Source of the DNA: a virus
Lineage: Duplodnaviria > Caudoviricetes
Virus record (IMG/VR): IMGVR_UViG_3300036791_000126
Coordinates: 1-59,240 of that record
Direction: 5' to 3' (one strand)
DNA: 59,240 bases
Under the pieces are notes generated by a model that saw nothing but the letters and a program-made list of their open reading frames with translations, ran no database searches and was not told where the DNA came from. This document shows, one piece after another, positions 1 through 9,838 of the stretch (its first letter is position 1; the number at the start of each line of letters is the position of its first letter). A program made the translations under genes and the position numbers.

Positions 1-106
1 ATCAAAGGGTGAAGAGGTTCCAGATGAAGTCAGAGTTATGGCAAATCTGGATTACAAACACGCTGTAACTGGCGACGAAGCACAAGCGGGTGATGCAAGT
101 GCTTGA
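1..106 (+). CDS. 3' end of a hypothetical protein, probably the same gene as 59004..59240 (partial)
   Basis: Frame 2 reads SKGEEVPDEVRVMANLDYKHAVTGDEAQAGDASA-stop (TGA 104-106); it plausibly continues the open ORF at the window end. Confidence 0.55.
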   Translation, partial: SKGEEVPDEVRVMANLDYKHAVTGDEAQAGDASA

Positions 107-797
107 CACAGCTAACCACCAAACCACATGGATTTGTGAAAAGTGGAGTGAAGAGGCTGTAGACTTCGCGCGTAAGAAGCTTGATAGTCGCGGATTCACA
201 CATATGCCAGGCCCACTTGCTCCTGTGCCGGTTTTTCTGAAAGGGGCGCGTTTTTCACAAGTCCAACCAGTCAGGCATGTGTTGGTTCCGAAGCCTGTGC
301 CTATTAAGGAAGGAATCTCTAGCTTCGTTCTACGTGCGATTGTGGGTGAAGCTGAGATAACCAAGGAAATCGTTGGAAACCTTCTGTTGAACGAGGGTAT
401 TCAGCGGTTGCAGGATATGACCATGATTGCAACTGTTCTGACAAACCAGACAAGCACAAACCCATGGTCAAATGCCAACGCTTTCACAGGAGTTGGCGAT
501 AGTAGCACAGCAGAAGCGGCTACGCAGACTGATCTTCAAGCTGCATCGAACCATTTCTACAAAGCGATGAATGCAACTTATCCATCGCGCTCAAATCAGA
601 CGGTAAGTTTTCAATCAGACTTCATTACGTCTGAGGCTAACTACGTTTGGGCAGAGTGGACGATTGCAGCTAGTGCAACTGTAGCATCTGGTGGTGGATT
701 CACAACTGGTACAACAAACCTAAACCGTAAAGTAGCTGCCCTCGGGACGAAGGCGTCGGGAACATGGACGCTAACCGCGCAGATAACCTTCTCGTGA
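90..797 (+). CDS. virion structural protein (fibre/appendage-associated)
   Basis: 235 aa ORF in the head-neck region; C-terminal part (NLLLNEG...GVGDSSTAEAATQTDL...EANYVWAEW...WTLTAQITFS) resembles small beta-rich phage structural proteins that precede fibre genes. Confidence 0.55.
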   Translation: MMQVLDTANHQTTWICEKWSEEAVDFARKKLDSRGFTHMPGPLAPVPVFLKGARFSQVQPVRHVLVPKPVPIKEGISSFVLRAIVGEAEITKEIVGNLLLNEGIQRLQDMTMIATVLTNQTSTNPWSNANAFTGVGDSSTAEAATQTDLQAASNHFYKAMNATYPSRSNQTVSFQSDFITSEANYVWAEWTIAASATVASGGGFTTGTTNLNRKVAALGTKASGTWTLTAQITFS

Positions 798-802
798 CAG
801 AC

Positions 803-850
803 GTGGGGGATTAGTCTTTCCCGCCGGAAGATTAATCCCCCACCTTTTTT
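803..850 (+). terminator. Rho-independent terminator
   Basis: GTGGGGGATTAGTCTT..CC / GGAAGATTAATCCCCCAC stem followed by a T6 tract. Confidence 0.8.
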
Positions 851-851
851 A

Positions 852-1142
852 ATGCCAACAACTGAAACCGAAATTTTCACTTACGAAGATGGCATATTCA
901 TCCGTACGGGTGAATGTTGTCGTTGTGGACAATGTTGTTGGGGTGATCCATTCCAAGGTGAAATGGGTGAACCGCCGATTGTTGGTGCGTGTCCATTGTT
1001 GGCATTGCTGCCAAACAATCAATTCCAATGTACCGACCGCCAACACTCGTACTATTTGAATGGCTGTAACGTGTGGCCTACGCATCCTGGTCAAATCACT
1101 GACAAACCTGGTTGCTCTTACAAATTCGAGCGTGTGAGCTGA
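852..1142 (+). CDS. YkgJ-like CxxCxxCC cysteine-cluster (Zn/Fe-S) protein
   Basis: GECCRCGQCC, CPLL, C..C..WP and GCSY motifs follow the YkgJ/CxxCxxCC pattern. Confidence 0.65.
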   Translation: MPTTETEIFTYEDGIFIRTGECCRCGQCCWGDPFQGEMGEPPIVGACPLLALLPNNQFQCTDRQHSYYLNGCNVWPTHPGQITDKPGCSYKFERVS

Positions 1143-1149
1143 TGAATTA

Positions 1150-4100
1150 ATGGCATTTCCTAGTACAGCAGTATTCGAGAATGCCAACCGGGCAAATGCG
1201 TCGTCGCTTGGTTCTGATTGGTCTGCACCAACGTTCTCGACAGATATCAGTCCGTCCATTATTAGCAATGCAATCGGACTGACGGCGACTACTGCTTCTG
1301 GCGATGCTGTCAACACATTGCTCGGTTCACTGACTGGGCCAATCGAGGCATTTTGTACATATGCGGCTACTGGTGGTAATGCTGGTGTTGAATATTTCGT
1401 TACTGGCTATGGCACCGCTACGCCCAACGGTTATCGTCTCTATTATAACGTTAGCACTACTGAACTTCGGATCGCAAAATATACGGCGGGCGGTTCATTC
1501 ACAACCATCCTTGCGGTGACACAGGCATTAGCGGCAGGAGATGCATTTGGTGTCTCTGTTACTGCCGCAGGTGTTCATCAAATTCAGTATAAGGCTGCGG
1601 CGGCTGTCAACTTCTCGGCGGTCGGTGGAACAATTACAGATACCACTTGGACGAGTGGATATATTGGCATCTTCATTTCGAGCACAAGCACAGCAACACG
1701 GCTCGACGATGTTGGCGGTGGAATTGCATCGCCCAAGACTTATACGGTCACCACCGGGGTGATAAGTGGTGGCGGTGGCGCCGCACTCGCTGACGGCGTA
1801 GACCAGACGGCAGCGACTCGTGCAGACGGCTGGACGGTTGCAAAAGTTGCGTCTACGAACATGTCGCAATACGCAGTAGGAACCAAGCTTGGTTCGGGCA
1901 CTTTCAGTACAACGCCTGTACCTGCTACGGCTCTGGGCAACGATTCGTTTGAAATACCTGCATCTCTGAACGGCACGTTTGCGGCTGCACCGTGGGTATT
2001 CACGTTTGCTGTCAGGGCGACCACGGCATCAGCACAGGCGGGCCGAATGCGTATGCGTGTATTCAAGTCCACAAGTGCGTTTTCAGGCCCTTACACTGAA
2101 CTGACGAGTGCCATTATAGTTGGATCGACGAGTGCTGCTCTTTCAACTACGGCTGACGTGACTTCCGTTATCACCTGGAATCCCGGTACACCGATCACAC
2201 TCAACAACGAGTATCTGTTCTTTGCTCTTGCTTGGGAAATTACAACGGCGGGAGGCAGTAACAACTCAGATGTTCAGATTCGCACCGGACAAGCAGCTGG
2301 TGGTAGTCGTCTTGCAACTCCTACTTTCACGCCTACCGTTAATACACCAATTTCAGATACCGATGCCAATAGCACGACAACTGAAAGTGGAAGTATTGTA
2401 GCATCGACACTCGTTTCGGGAACGGATAGCGGATCGTCGGTTGAAAATCTGACAACCGCTATCTCCGCTATAGGTGATCCAAATGGTGCTACTACCGAAG
2501 CAACAACTAGCGTTGCTAAAGTTTCAAACACAGATGTAAATAGCACAACGACCGAGAGTGCCAGTGTCAGCGGTGCAGCTACTCCTATTTCAGCGAGCGA
2601 TACGAATGGAACAGTTACCGAGTCAGCTGCACTAATTCCGGTAACGGGGTTGGCAGTTTGGCTTGACGCTTCTCAACTTGGATTAGGTAACGGGGCAAGC
2701 GTAAGCTCATGGACGAATCTAGCGAATGCTGCTGTACCGGGAACTGTGCTTGGAACCCCGTCGCCGACATATGTGACGCCTGGATTGCAAGGAAAAGGTG
2801 TTGTGCGTTTCCTAGCTGGTCAGGGCGCTATACGATTGAATGGTACGGGTGCATCGTCTCCGTTCACGTTGTTGTACGTAGCACACATGACTTCGACGGG
2901 TGCAAATGCACAACGAATTGGCGCTGCTGTTTTCCCGGAGAACCTACTGTTTGGCTGGTGGACTGGTCAGCAGGATTGTCTGTTTGATGGTGCGTGGGCT
3001 GCTGGACAACCAACGAGTTGTCCTCCTGTAACTACTGATTGGAAACTGTATTCGTTCGATAAAACTGGCACGAATCCAGTGCGAATGTTTTCGGATGGAA
3101 CATTTCTGACAAATGGTGGTAGTGGCTCGCAGGATTTGGGTGGAACATTCGGATTGAGCGGTTACGATGTATCTCCCGGAACTGAGACGAGTGATTGCGA
3201 GGTTGCCGAAGTCCTGATCTACAATCGTGTGCTCACTGATACGGAGCGTCAACAAGCCGAAAGTTACCTGCGGAACAAATGGTTCGTAACCTCGACACCT
3301 ATTTCAGCTACAGATGTCAACGGAACAACAACTGATGTTGCAACGTCTGTCGCAAAATTGAATGGTATTGATGTCGATGGTGTTCTTACTGAATCAGCCC
3401 CGCTTACTTCTCAGATTGGTAGTAGTGATGTAGACGGTGCAACAACTGAAACGCTTTCATTAATTAATAAACCCGCTCTGATTGATGTAAATAGCACAAC
3501 AACTGAGACAGCAGCTTTCGCGTTTAACCAGTTAACGCCTGACACGAATGGTGTAACGACCGAAACAGCATCGGTAATCGTTACAAATCTAATAGCTACC
3601 GACGTATATGGAACTACAACTGAAGCCACTTCTACCGTTGGGATCGCTCAAACATCGGATGTAGGAACTATCGCAGATACCGCTTCGATTGGAACAGGTA
3701 CTCCAATTCCCGCAACTGACACAAGCGGAACTGTAACTGAAACAGCGGGAGTTCCCACATTCAATCCACAGTCGGCTGATACGAGTGGAGCAACAACCGA
3801 AGCTCCTGCGATTGTTGCAAAACCAATCAGCTCAGACACAGACGGTGTACCAGTCGAAGCTAGTGTTTTTGTAGCGTCAATCATAATTAGTGACGCCAAT
3901 GGTTTAACTGAAACTTCTACGCCCAAGACGATTGTCACGGGTACCGATGCAAACGGGACAACGACAGAAGCGGGTAGTAACGCGACATTCAATCAGGTCG
4001 CCGCTAGTGACACAAATAGCACGGTCACTGAAATATCTCTGCTTGTAGCGCCGATCACGTTTACTGATAGTAACGGCAGCACAGCAGAAACGGCGACCAA

Positions 4101-4635
4101 CACAAATGCCACAGTCACCACCACCGACGCAAACAGTGCTACAGCCGAAACAACGGCTTCGATCCTTGTTACGATTGGTGACACGAACACTAGTACAGTT
4201 GAGGCATTTGCACTTGTCGCACAGATTATCTCTGACGGTGGTAGCACGTTCATCAGTGAAATCGGTAGCATTGGCACAAGCAAGGTTGGACTCGATGCCA
4301 ATAGTACAACGACAGAAACCGTCAGCTACCAGTTTGCTCAGGCAACCATCGATCAGAATGGTGTCGTCAATGAGGCGGTTGTTTATCACATCGTACTCGG
4401 TTCACTCGATATCGTCATTACGTTCGATTCGTCTGCTGTGCGGGTTTTTGAGCGGGGGGCCGATTTCTTCACAGGTTATGATGATGGGGTTGCTAAGATC
4501 GCCGGACTCCTTACTGGTAAACCGGGTAAGATCGTACATATGACACGCGGCGACATTTATGTGGTAGGTGCGGGTAAAGCAATTCACACGACTCGTGGAC
4601 GGATAGTACCGAGGGCAACAGGGAGGATCAGATGA
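1150..4635 (+). CDS. large Thr/Ser-rich virion fibre/appendage protein with lectin-like (ConA/LamG) domains
   Basis: 1161 aa; many ~21-aa D-x-N-x-T-T-T-E-x-A repeats; LAVWLDAS...EVAEVLIYNRVLTDTERQQAESYLRNKW is typical of LamG-like domains. Confidence 0.6.
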   Translation: MAFPSTAVFENANRANASSLGSDWSAPTFSTDISPSIISNAIGLTATTASGDAVNTLLGSLTGPIEAFCTYAATGGNAGVEYFVTGYGTATPNGYRLYYNVSTTELRIAKYTAGGSFTTILAVTQALAAGDAFGVSVTAAGVHQIQYKAAAAVNFSAVGGTITDTTWTSGYIGIFISSTSTATRLDDVGGGIASPKTYTVTTGVISGGGGAALADGVDQTAATRADGWTVAKVASTNMSQYAVGTKLGSGTFSTTPVPATALGNDSFEIPASLNGTFAAAPWVFTFAVRATTASAQAGRMRMRVFKSTSAFSGPYTELTSAIIVGSTSAALSTTADVTSVITWNPGTPITLNNEYLFFALAWEITTAGGSNNSDVQIRTGQAAGGSRLATPTFTPTVNTPISDTDANSTTTESGSIVASTLVSGTDSGSSVENLTTAISAIGDPNGATTEATTSVAKVSNTDVNSTTTESASVSGAATPISASDTNGTVTESAALIPVTGLAVWLDASQLGLGNGASVSSWTNLANAAVPGTVLGTPSPTYVTPGLQGKGVVRFLAGQGAIRLNGTGASSPFTLLYVAHMTSTGANAQRIGAAVFPENLLFGWWTGQQDCLFDGAWAAGQPTSCPPVTTDWKLYSFDKTGTNPVRMFSDGTFLTNGGSGSQDLGGTFGLSGYDVSPGTETSDCEVAEVLIYNRVLTDTERQQAESYLRNKWFVTSTPISATDVNGTTTDVATSVAKLNGIDVDGVLTESAPLTSQIGSSDVDGATTETLSLINKPALIDVNSTTTETAAFAFNQLTPDTNGVTTETASVIVTNLIATDVYGTTTEATSTVGIAQTSDVGTIADTASIGTGTPIPATDTSGTVTETAGVPTFNPQSADTSGATTEAPAIVAKPISSDTDGVPVEASVFVASIIISDANGLTETSTPKTIVTGTDANGTTTEAGSNATFNQVAASDTNSTVTEISLLVAPITFTDSNGSTAETATNTNATVTTTDANSATAETTASILVTIGDTNTSTVEAFALVAQIISDGGSTFISEIGSIGTSKVGLDANSTTTETVSYQFAQATIDQNGVVNEAVVYHIVLGSLDIVITFDSSAVRVFERGADFFTGYDDGVAKIAGLLTGKPGKIVHMTRGDIYVVGAGKAIHTTRGRIVPRATGRIR

Positions 4636-5363
4636 TCGTATCGTTTAGAAACTATGAGCTGATTCCGAGATACGATGGAAAGCACTGGAATCAGCTAAAG
4701 ATCAACGAGTCCACCTCTGATATGGGGCCGTGGAATCTGATTGATTCGCAGGCTATCGCAGTTCTTGCGATTGATCCCGCTGATCCTGAGCCTCTCTACT
4801 TTACCACTGAAAAGGCGACTCTCGATGTCGGCATCGGTTGGTATCGGGTTGATCTTGTCGATGAAGATGGAAACGTCGAGCAGACAGAGCCAGTATTCAA
4901 CGCAGCGCCTATCGAGATTATGGCGACGCTTGATGATGTTAATGCTCACCTGGACGGCGATGTTATCGAGGCTACTGCGGATAACACAGATTTGATTCAA
5001 GTCTCAGCGGCTCGCATCGTTCGAGCGTATCTCAGTCGAGTAGTCGATCAGGTAACACTGATGTCATGGCAGACTCCCACCACGACGCCTGACACTATTC
5101 GTGAGATAGCCTCGATGCTGATTGCCGCTAGTCTTTACTTTCAGCTTTCAGCTAGAACGTCGCTGATTATCGATAATCAAAACTTCGCACAGCGGTTGTA
5201 CGATCAAGCAATTGCCATGCTACAGGCTATCGTTGAAGGAACTATGGTTATCGAGGGTGGCGTGGGTACAACCCCAGGCCCCTCGGTAGATGATCTTGAA
5301 GCTGTAGACTTCTTCCCGGTGGATGACACAGATAGAGCATTCACCCTCAGTATGATTCTCTAG
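4632..5363 (+). CDS. head-tail adaptor/connector (Mu gp36-like C-terminal half)
   Basis: MATLDDV...AARIVRAYL...TPDTIREIASMLIAA..Y...YDQAIAMLQAI pattern; position before the morphogenesis gene. Confidence 0.65.
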   Translation: MIVSFRNYELIPRYDGKHWNQLKINESTSDMGPWNLIDSQAIAVLAIDPADPEPLYFTTEKATLDVGIGWYRVDLVDEDGNVEQTEPVFNAAPIEIMATLDDVNAHLDGDVIEATADNTDLIQVSAARIVRAYLSRVVDQVTLMSWQTPTTTPDTIREIASMLIAASLYFQLSARTSLIIDNQNFAQRLYDQAIAMLQAIVEGTMVIEGGVGTTPGPSVDDLEAVDFFPVDDTDRAFTLSMIL

Positions 5364-5371
5364 GTGATTAC

Positions 5372-5881
5372 ATGGCAATGGTTCTCCACATAACGGACTA
5401 TGGGACGCCAAAGATCGTGGCTGACCGTATGGTCGATAGCGGTAAGAGGGCTGTGGATCTTGGGCCGGTCAAGTATGAAATAGCCCTAGATATGATGGAA
5501 ATTGTAAACCAAGTCTTTATCAGTGAAGGTCGTAGAGGTGGCGGATCGTGGAAACGTCTGGCTCCGAGTACAATTGAGAAAAAAGGCCATTCGGCGATTC
5601 TCATCGATACCGGACAGCTGATTGAATCTCTCACAGTTCCCGGTGCAGAGCATCAAGTTCTAACCATAGATGAGAGTCCAGTAGGATTTGAGTTTGGTAC
5701 TGATAGACCCTGGGCCTTCGTGCATCAATATGGCTCCGAGAATCTTGTGCATGAAATTCCTGCACGTCCGTTTCTCAAGTTTCGTGAGAAGGACGAACAG
5801 AATTGGCGCGATATGATTGCCACTCATATTTTGCAGCCTTTCGATAGAACAGGCTTCCACGATGAAAGCATTCCGTTCTAG
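5372..5881 (+). CDS. phage virion morphogenesis protein (Mu gpG/tail completion-like)
   Basis: WKRLAPST...ILIDTGQL..S...GTDRPWAFVHQYG...IPARPFL signature. Confidence 0.85.
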   Translation: MAMVLHITDYGTPKIVADRMVDSGKRAVDLGPVKYEIALDMMEIVNQVFISEGRRGGGSWKRLAPSTIEKKGHSAILIDTGQLIESLTVPGAEHQVLTIDESPVGFEFGTDRPWAFVHQYGSENLVHEIPARPFLKFREKDEQNWRDMIATHILQPFDRTGFHDESIPF

Positions 5882-5905
5882 GGCGACGTAGCGGGGCGAT
5901 TACTT

Positions 5906-6571
5906 GTGACTAACGTAGTCCCACCAGTAATACCGACAACTGGCGCAACCGGCACCATTAGTGCTGTTTTCGGGAGGATGCTGTCTGCTTCGCAAATCGA
6001 GGAAGCCGTGACAGCTACGCTACAGAAATGGTTCCCGACATATCTCGCAGAGATTGCTCGTCAGTTGGGAGTGTCAAAAAATCTTTTCCCACACCCAGAG
6101 AATTACACGACTCGCAATAGTTTCGAGGCTGAGCCGGGAGAGAAGATTCCCAAGGTTGTAGTGATATCCCCTGGTTGGATGAGTCCACCAGTAAAAACTG
6201 GTGATGGATCATATCGAGTGGTCTGGAGATTAGGAGTCGGCGTAGCCACTGGCGCAAAAGATGAACAGTCAGCAAATCTGCGTGTCAAGGGTTACGGTGC
6301 TGCGGTGAGAGCCATGCTTGCACAGCAAGCTGATCTTGGCGGAGAAATCTATGGGATTCGGGAAATCTATCCGATCGAAGAAACATACGTCAATCTGCCT
6401 ATCACGAATCAGCATCAATTGTATAAGGCCGCAAGCCTCTGGTTTAGCGTGGATATCCAAGATATCATGAATCAGTGGGCTGGCCCGGATACTCCGATTA
6501 TCACGGCCCCGCCCGATTACCCAGAGGTCGAAGAGGTTATCATCGAAATCGATCAATTGCCAGACAGCTAG
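5906..6571 (+). CDS. tail terminator/completion protein (putative)
   Basis: 221 aa ORF between the morphogenesis gene and the sheath; synteny only. Confidence 0.5.
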   Translation: MTNVVPPVIPTTGATGTISAVFGRMLSASQIEEAVTATLQKWFPTYLAEIARQLGVSKNLFPHPENYTTRNSFEAEPGEKIPKVVVISPGWMSPPVKTGDGSYRVVWRLGVGVATGAKDEQSANLRVKGYGAAVRAMLAQQADLGGEIYGIREIYPIEETYVNLPITNQHQLYKAASLWFSVDIQDIMNQWAGPDTPIITAPPDYPEVEEVIIEIDQLPDS

Positions 6572-6583
6572 GAGGTGAAATAA

Positions 6584-6862
6584 ATGGCAGACACTAAAGC
6601 AAAATCAGTGACTCCCACGAAGTACAGGTTCGTCGGTAATCACGCACACGAAATCTTCAAGGCAGATGGCACTTGTCCCTGGGTTGCGCCAGGAGACTAC
6701 ATCGACATGACTGACGAAGATTTGGCTGCTGCTGGTAACGAGGAGCTTTCTGGTAATCTCATCGATGCCACAGGTGTCGTGCTCGAAACTGAGAACGCAC
6801 CTCAACCTGAAGTTGAGCCTGCAAATACAACTAGCACGGTTGGAGAGGAGGTTAAGACCTAA
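6584..6862 (+). CDS. hypothetical protein (small pre-sheath protein)
   Basis: GGAGGTG RBS, 92 aa, stop overlaps the sheath start. Confidence 0.7.
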   Translation: MADTKAKSVTPTKYRFVGNHAHEIFKADGTCPWVAPGDYIDMTDEDLAAAGNEELSGNLIDATGVVLETENAPQPEVEPANTTSTVGEEVKT

Positions 6863-8298
6863 TGCCGGGTAGACCAGGTGTACTCGTAAGTCTGCTAGAT
6901 GTAGCTACACCAGTCTCAATTTCGGTTGACACTGGTACTTGGTTTGCGACAGGAACTACGGATCGTGGGCCTGCAAACGTAGCTATGCTGATGCAGAGTC
7001 TCACTCAGTTCAATACCGTGTACGGTGCAAGACAGTCTTACAGCGTACTGAGTGATGCTGTAGAAACTTTCTTCCGCGAGGGTGGACAAAATGTCTACAT
7101 CGGAAGAGTGGTTGGCCCAGGAGCTACAAGCGGATTCCTTAACTTGAATGACGCGGGTGCCGCTATCAGCTTGGTTGCTACAGCTTTCGGGCCTGGTGCA
7201 TGGTCGAACCAATACAAGGTTGGTGTGGTTGCCGGTGGTGCAAGCGGCTCATTCCAAATCCAGGTAACCGATATCAACAACGTCGTTCTTGAACAGTCTA
7301 GCGATCTGCTAACTCAGGGAGCGGCTGTTTCTTGGAGTCAGTACAGTAACTACATCAGAATCACGCTTGGCGCAAGTGCAAATAACCCGGCGAACGTCGC
7401 GCCTGCCGCGATGTCTGCTGGTAACGATCAAAGGGCGACTATCACTGATAACGAATGGGCCGTTGCACTTGCTTTGTTTTCACCAAGTCTCGGGCCGGGT
7501 CAGGTTTCTGAGCCTGGTAGGACAAGCTCGGTGGCTCACAACCAACTCAAGACTCACGCGGAAGCGAATAACAGGGTGTATCTCGCTGATCTACCTGATT
7601 CGCCCACGCAAGCAACACTTCTGTCAAGTGCTGCTGATTCAGTGAGTCGAATGGGTGCGGCGTTCTCACCATGGGTTATCATTCCAGGTGTTACAGTTGG
7701 AACGGTGAGAGCAATTCCTCCGTGTGCATACATCGCTGGCATGATTGCCGGTAATGATCCTGCTTACGGAGCTAACATGCCTGCCGCAGGTAACTTGGGT
7801 CAGGCATCATTCGTGACTGACTTGACTCAGCCTGATTTCACGGATGCGGTTAGAACCGCGCTCAACGCTGGTAGCGTGAATATCATCCGCAGACTGTATG
7901 GCGGTATCAGGAACTACGGATGGCGTTCACTCACAAATGCAGCGAGTGATCCTTCCTGGGTTGATTTCGGGAATGCGCGGCTTTTCATTGATCTGGCTGC
8001 TGAGTTGAATCTCGTGGGCGAGAACTTCATGTTCGATATGATCGACGGCCAGAACGGAAGTACGATCAACGCATTCGACGATGCTCTAGTTGGTCAGCTC
8101 ATGCTTCATTACAGTGCTGGTGAATTCTTCGGTGATACACCCGCACAGGCGTTTGCTGTCGATACAGGCCCCGATGTGAATACTCTCTCGACAATTGCAA
8201 ACAACGAGCTTCACGCAGTTTGCAGAGTCAAGATGGCACCGTTCGCCGAGGCGGTTATCATCCAGATCGTGAAGCGCCAGATCACTCAGACGCTGTAA
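6862..8298 (+). CDS. tail sheath protein
   Basis: RPGVLV start, GTTDRGP, FFREGG..VYIGRV, PPCAYIAGMIA, LNAGSVNII, YGWRSL, APFAEAVII: sheath family motifs. Confidence 0.92.
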   Translation: MPGRPGVLVSLLDVATPVSISVDTGTWFATGTTDRGPANVAMLMQSLTQFNTVYGARQSYSVLSDAVETFFREGGQNVYIGRVVGPGATSGFLNLNDAGAAISLVATAFGPGAWSNQYKVGVVAGGASGSFQIQVTDINNVVLEQSSDLLTQGAAVSWSQYSNYIRITLGASANNPANVAPAAMSAGNDQRATITDNEWAVALALFSPSLGPGQVSEPGRTSSVAHNQLKTHAEANNRVYLADLPDSPTQATLLSSAADSVSRMGAAFSPWVIIPGVTVGTVRAIPPCAYIAGMIAGNDPAYGANMPAAGNLGQASFVTDLTQPDFTDAVRTALNAGSVNIIRRLYGGIRNYGWRSLTNAASDPSWVDFGNARLFIDLAAELNLVGENFMFDMIDGQNGSTINAFDDALVGQLMLHYSAGEFFGDTPAQAFAVDTGPDVNTLSTIANNELHAVCRVKMAPFAEAVIIQIVKRQITQTL

Positions 8299-8325
8299 TT
8301 CAATTTGGTGGGAGGAGGTTAATAA

Positions 8326-8775
8326 ATGGCTGCTACTCAGATTCCAAAGCGTACACACGGTCTACGCCAGGATACGTGGGTTATACGTGTAACGCTGCTG
8401 GGAAATTCACTCGGAATTTGGGACAAGAAAACCGGCGGTGAGTTGGATTCGGATGAAGTGAAGTATTACCCCGGAGGAATGAACGATCAGATTTCTCTAG
8501 GTGGTAGAGTAACTCCTGCCAACGTCGTGCTACAGAGATTGTACGATGGCGTTGACGATCACCAGGACATCAATGTCATATTGGGAGCTGTGGGTCACGG
8601 TGTTGTCACAGTCTCACAGACTCCGATGGATCAGAATGGACACCCTTACGGTGACTCGATCTTCTGGCATGGCATTCTCAAGCGAGTCCTAGTTCCCGAT
8701 GTTGACTCGGAAGCCACAGCTGCCGCAATGATCGAAATTGAAGTGTCAACCGACAGTCCTCCACACGCAGCATAA
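8326..8775 (+). CDS. tail tube protein
   Basis: 149 aa immediately after the sheath; GGELDS..KYYPGG..LGGRVTPANVVLQR pattern. Confidence 0.8.
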   Translation: MAATQIPKRTHGLRQDTWVIRVTLLGNSLGIWDKKTGGELDSDEVKYYPGGMNDQISLGGRVTPANVVLQRLYDGVDDHQDINVILGAVGHGVVTVSQTPMDQNGHPYGDSIFWHGILKRVLVPDVDSEATAAAMIEIEVSTDSPPHAA

Positions 8776-8960
8776 TGGTTCATCTAATTCTCATCGTAGG
8801 AGCGATAGTTAGCTTCGCCGTCGCGGTACTAATCTCTACAAGTGTGTTCGATTCAGGAAATGCGTTCGCCTGGTTGGCTGGCGGGCTACTGTCATTCGCT
8901 CTAAGTCTCATCGACTTCGACGCAATTATACTAGCCAGAAGGCCCCCGGTGAATCGGTAA
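8775..8960 (+). CDS. small membrane protein (2 TM)
   Basis: 61 aa with two hydrophobic stretches; TAATG coupling to the tube gene. Confidence 0.6.
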   Translation: MVHLILIVGAIVSFAVAVLISTSVFDSGNAFAWLAGGLLSFALSLIDFDAIILARRPPVNR

Positions 8961-9000
8961 TTAGAGTCTGAATTAGCAACCGCCATGGAAAGGAGAGAGC

Positions 9001-9633
9001 ATGGCAGACGAATACACGAACAAAATCGGTGATGAAACACTTGGGGTTGAAGCTTCAGATGAAGATGTAAGCGCTCAAGGTGAACACACTGAACTAGACG
9101 ACACTATCGTCTCGGGGCCTGTGCTGTCTTTTCAACCGGGGGCCGATTTTTCGCTTATCGATGTTTTCAGGGAAGAGCTACGTGAGCTAAGCGAAACACG
9201 AGATGTATACATTCCCATAAAGGGATACGAGCGAATTGGTCTGCAAGTTCGATATCATATGCCTAACAATGGCAAGGAGCTTGCAGTAATAGCTCAAAAG
9301 GTTCAGCGTGAAGTAAAAGACGTTTGGTCGCGGAACCTCTTTACAGCGATGGACACTATGATCTATCTCTGCGATGGATTGTATGTCCAACCCGAGGACG
9401 TACCTGAACCTGTGATGCTTGATCCACAGGAAACAGGTATGCCTATGATGTTCGATCCACGGTTAGCTGAAATGATGAATCTGAATGGAGAAGTAAGAAG
9501 TGCTCGTCAAGTGGTAAGAAAGTTGTTCGGTGGAAACGACATGGCTGTCATCAATCACGCTGAACGTCTACAGCGGTGGTTGCAAAACACGAAGGCTGAT
9601 CTTGAAGCAGAATTGTGGCAACTGGGGGAATAG
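9001..9633 (+). CDS. tail assembly chaperone (gpG-like)
   Basis: AAGGAG RBS; lies between tube and tape measure; ends in the GGGGGAA slippery site. Confidence 0.75.
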   Translation: MADEYTNKIGDETLGVEASDEDVSAQGEHTELDDTIVSGPVLSFQPGADFSLIDVFREELRELSETRDVYIPIKGYERIGLQVRYHMPNNGKELAVIAQKVQREVKDVWSRNLFTAMDTMIYLCDGLYVQPEDVPEPVMLDPQETGMPMMFDPRLAEMMNLNGEVRSARQVVRKLFGGNDMAVINHAERLQRWLQNTKADLEAELWQLGE

Positions 9634-9830
9634 ATACTGAGAGTATCAAAACTGCTGGACAGTTGGGTGCTCTCGGGTTAGATCCCATGAGATTCCTTGA
9701 AACTACTGATGGTCTGGAGCGAGCTATTATGTTGCTAGTAGCTCAAGAAGTAGTGAATGTGAGAACTAAGCTGGATCATAGTTTGGCTGTGGATATCGCT
9801 AATCAAGTCGGCAAGCTATTCAAGCGTTAG
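9624..9830 (+). CDS. tail assembly chaperone -1 frameshift extension (gpGT-like)
   Basis: CTG GGG GAA TAG with the -1 frame open to 9830. Confidence 0.75.
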   Translation, partial: GGIDTESIKTAGQLGALGLDPMRFLETTDGLERAIMLLVAQEVVNVRTKLDHSLAVDIANQVGKLFKR

Positions 9831-9838
9831 GGTGACAA

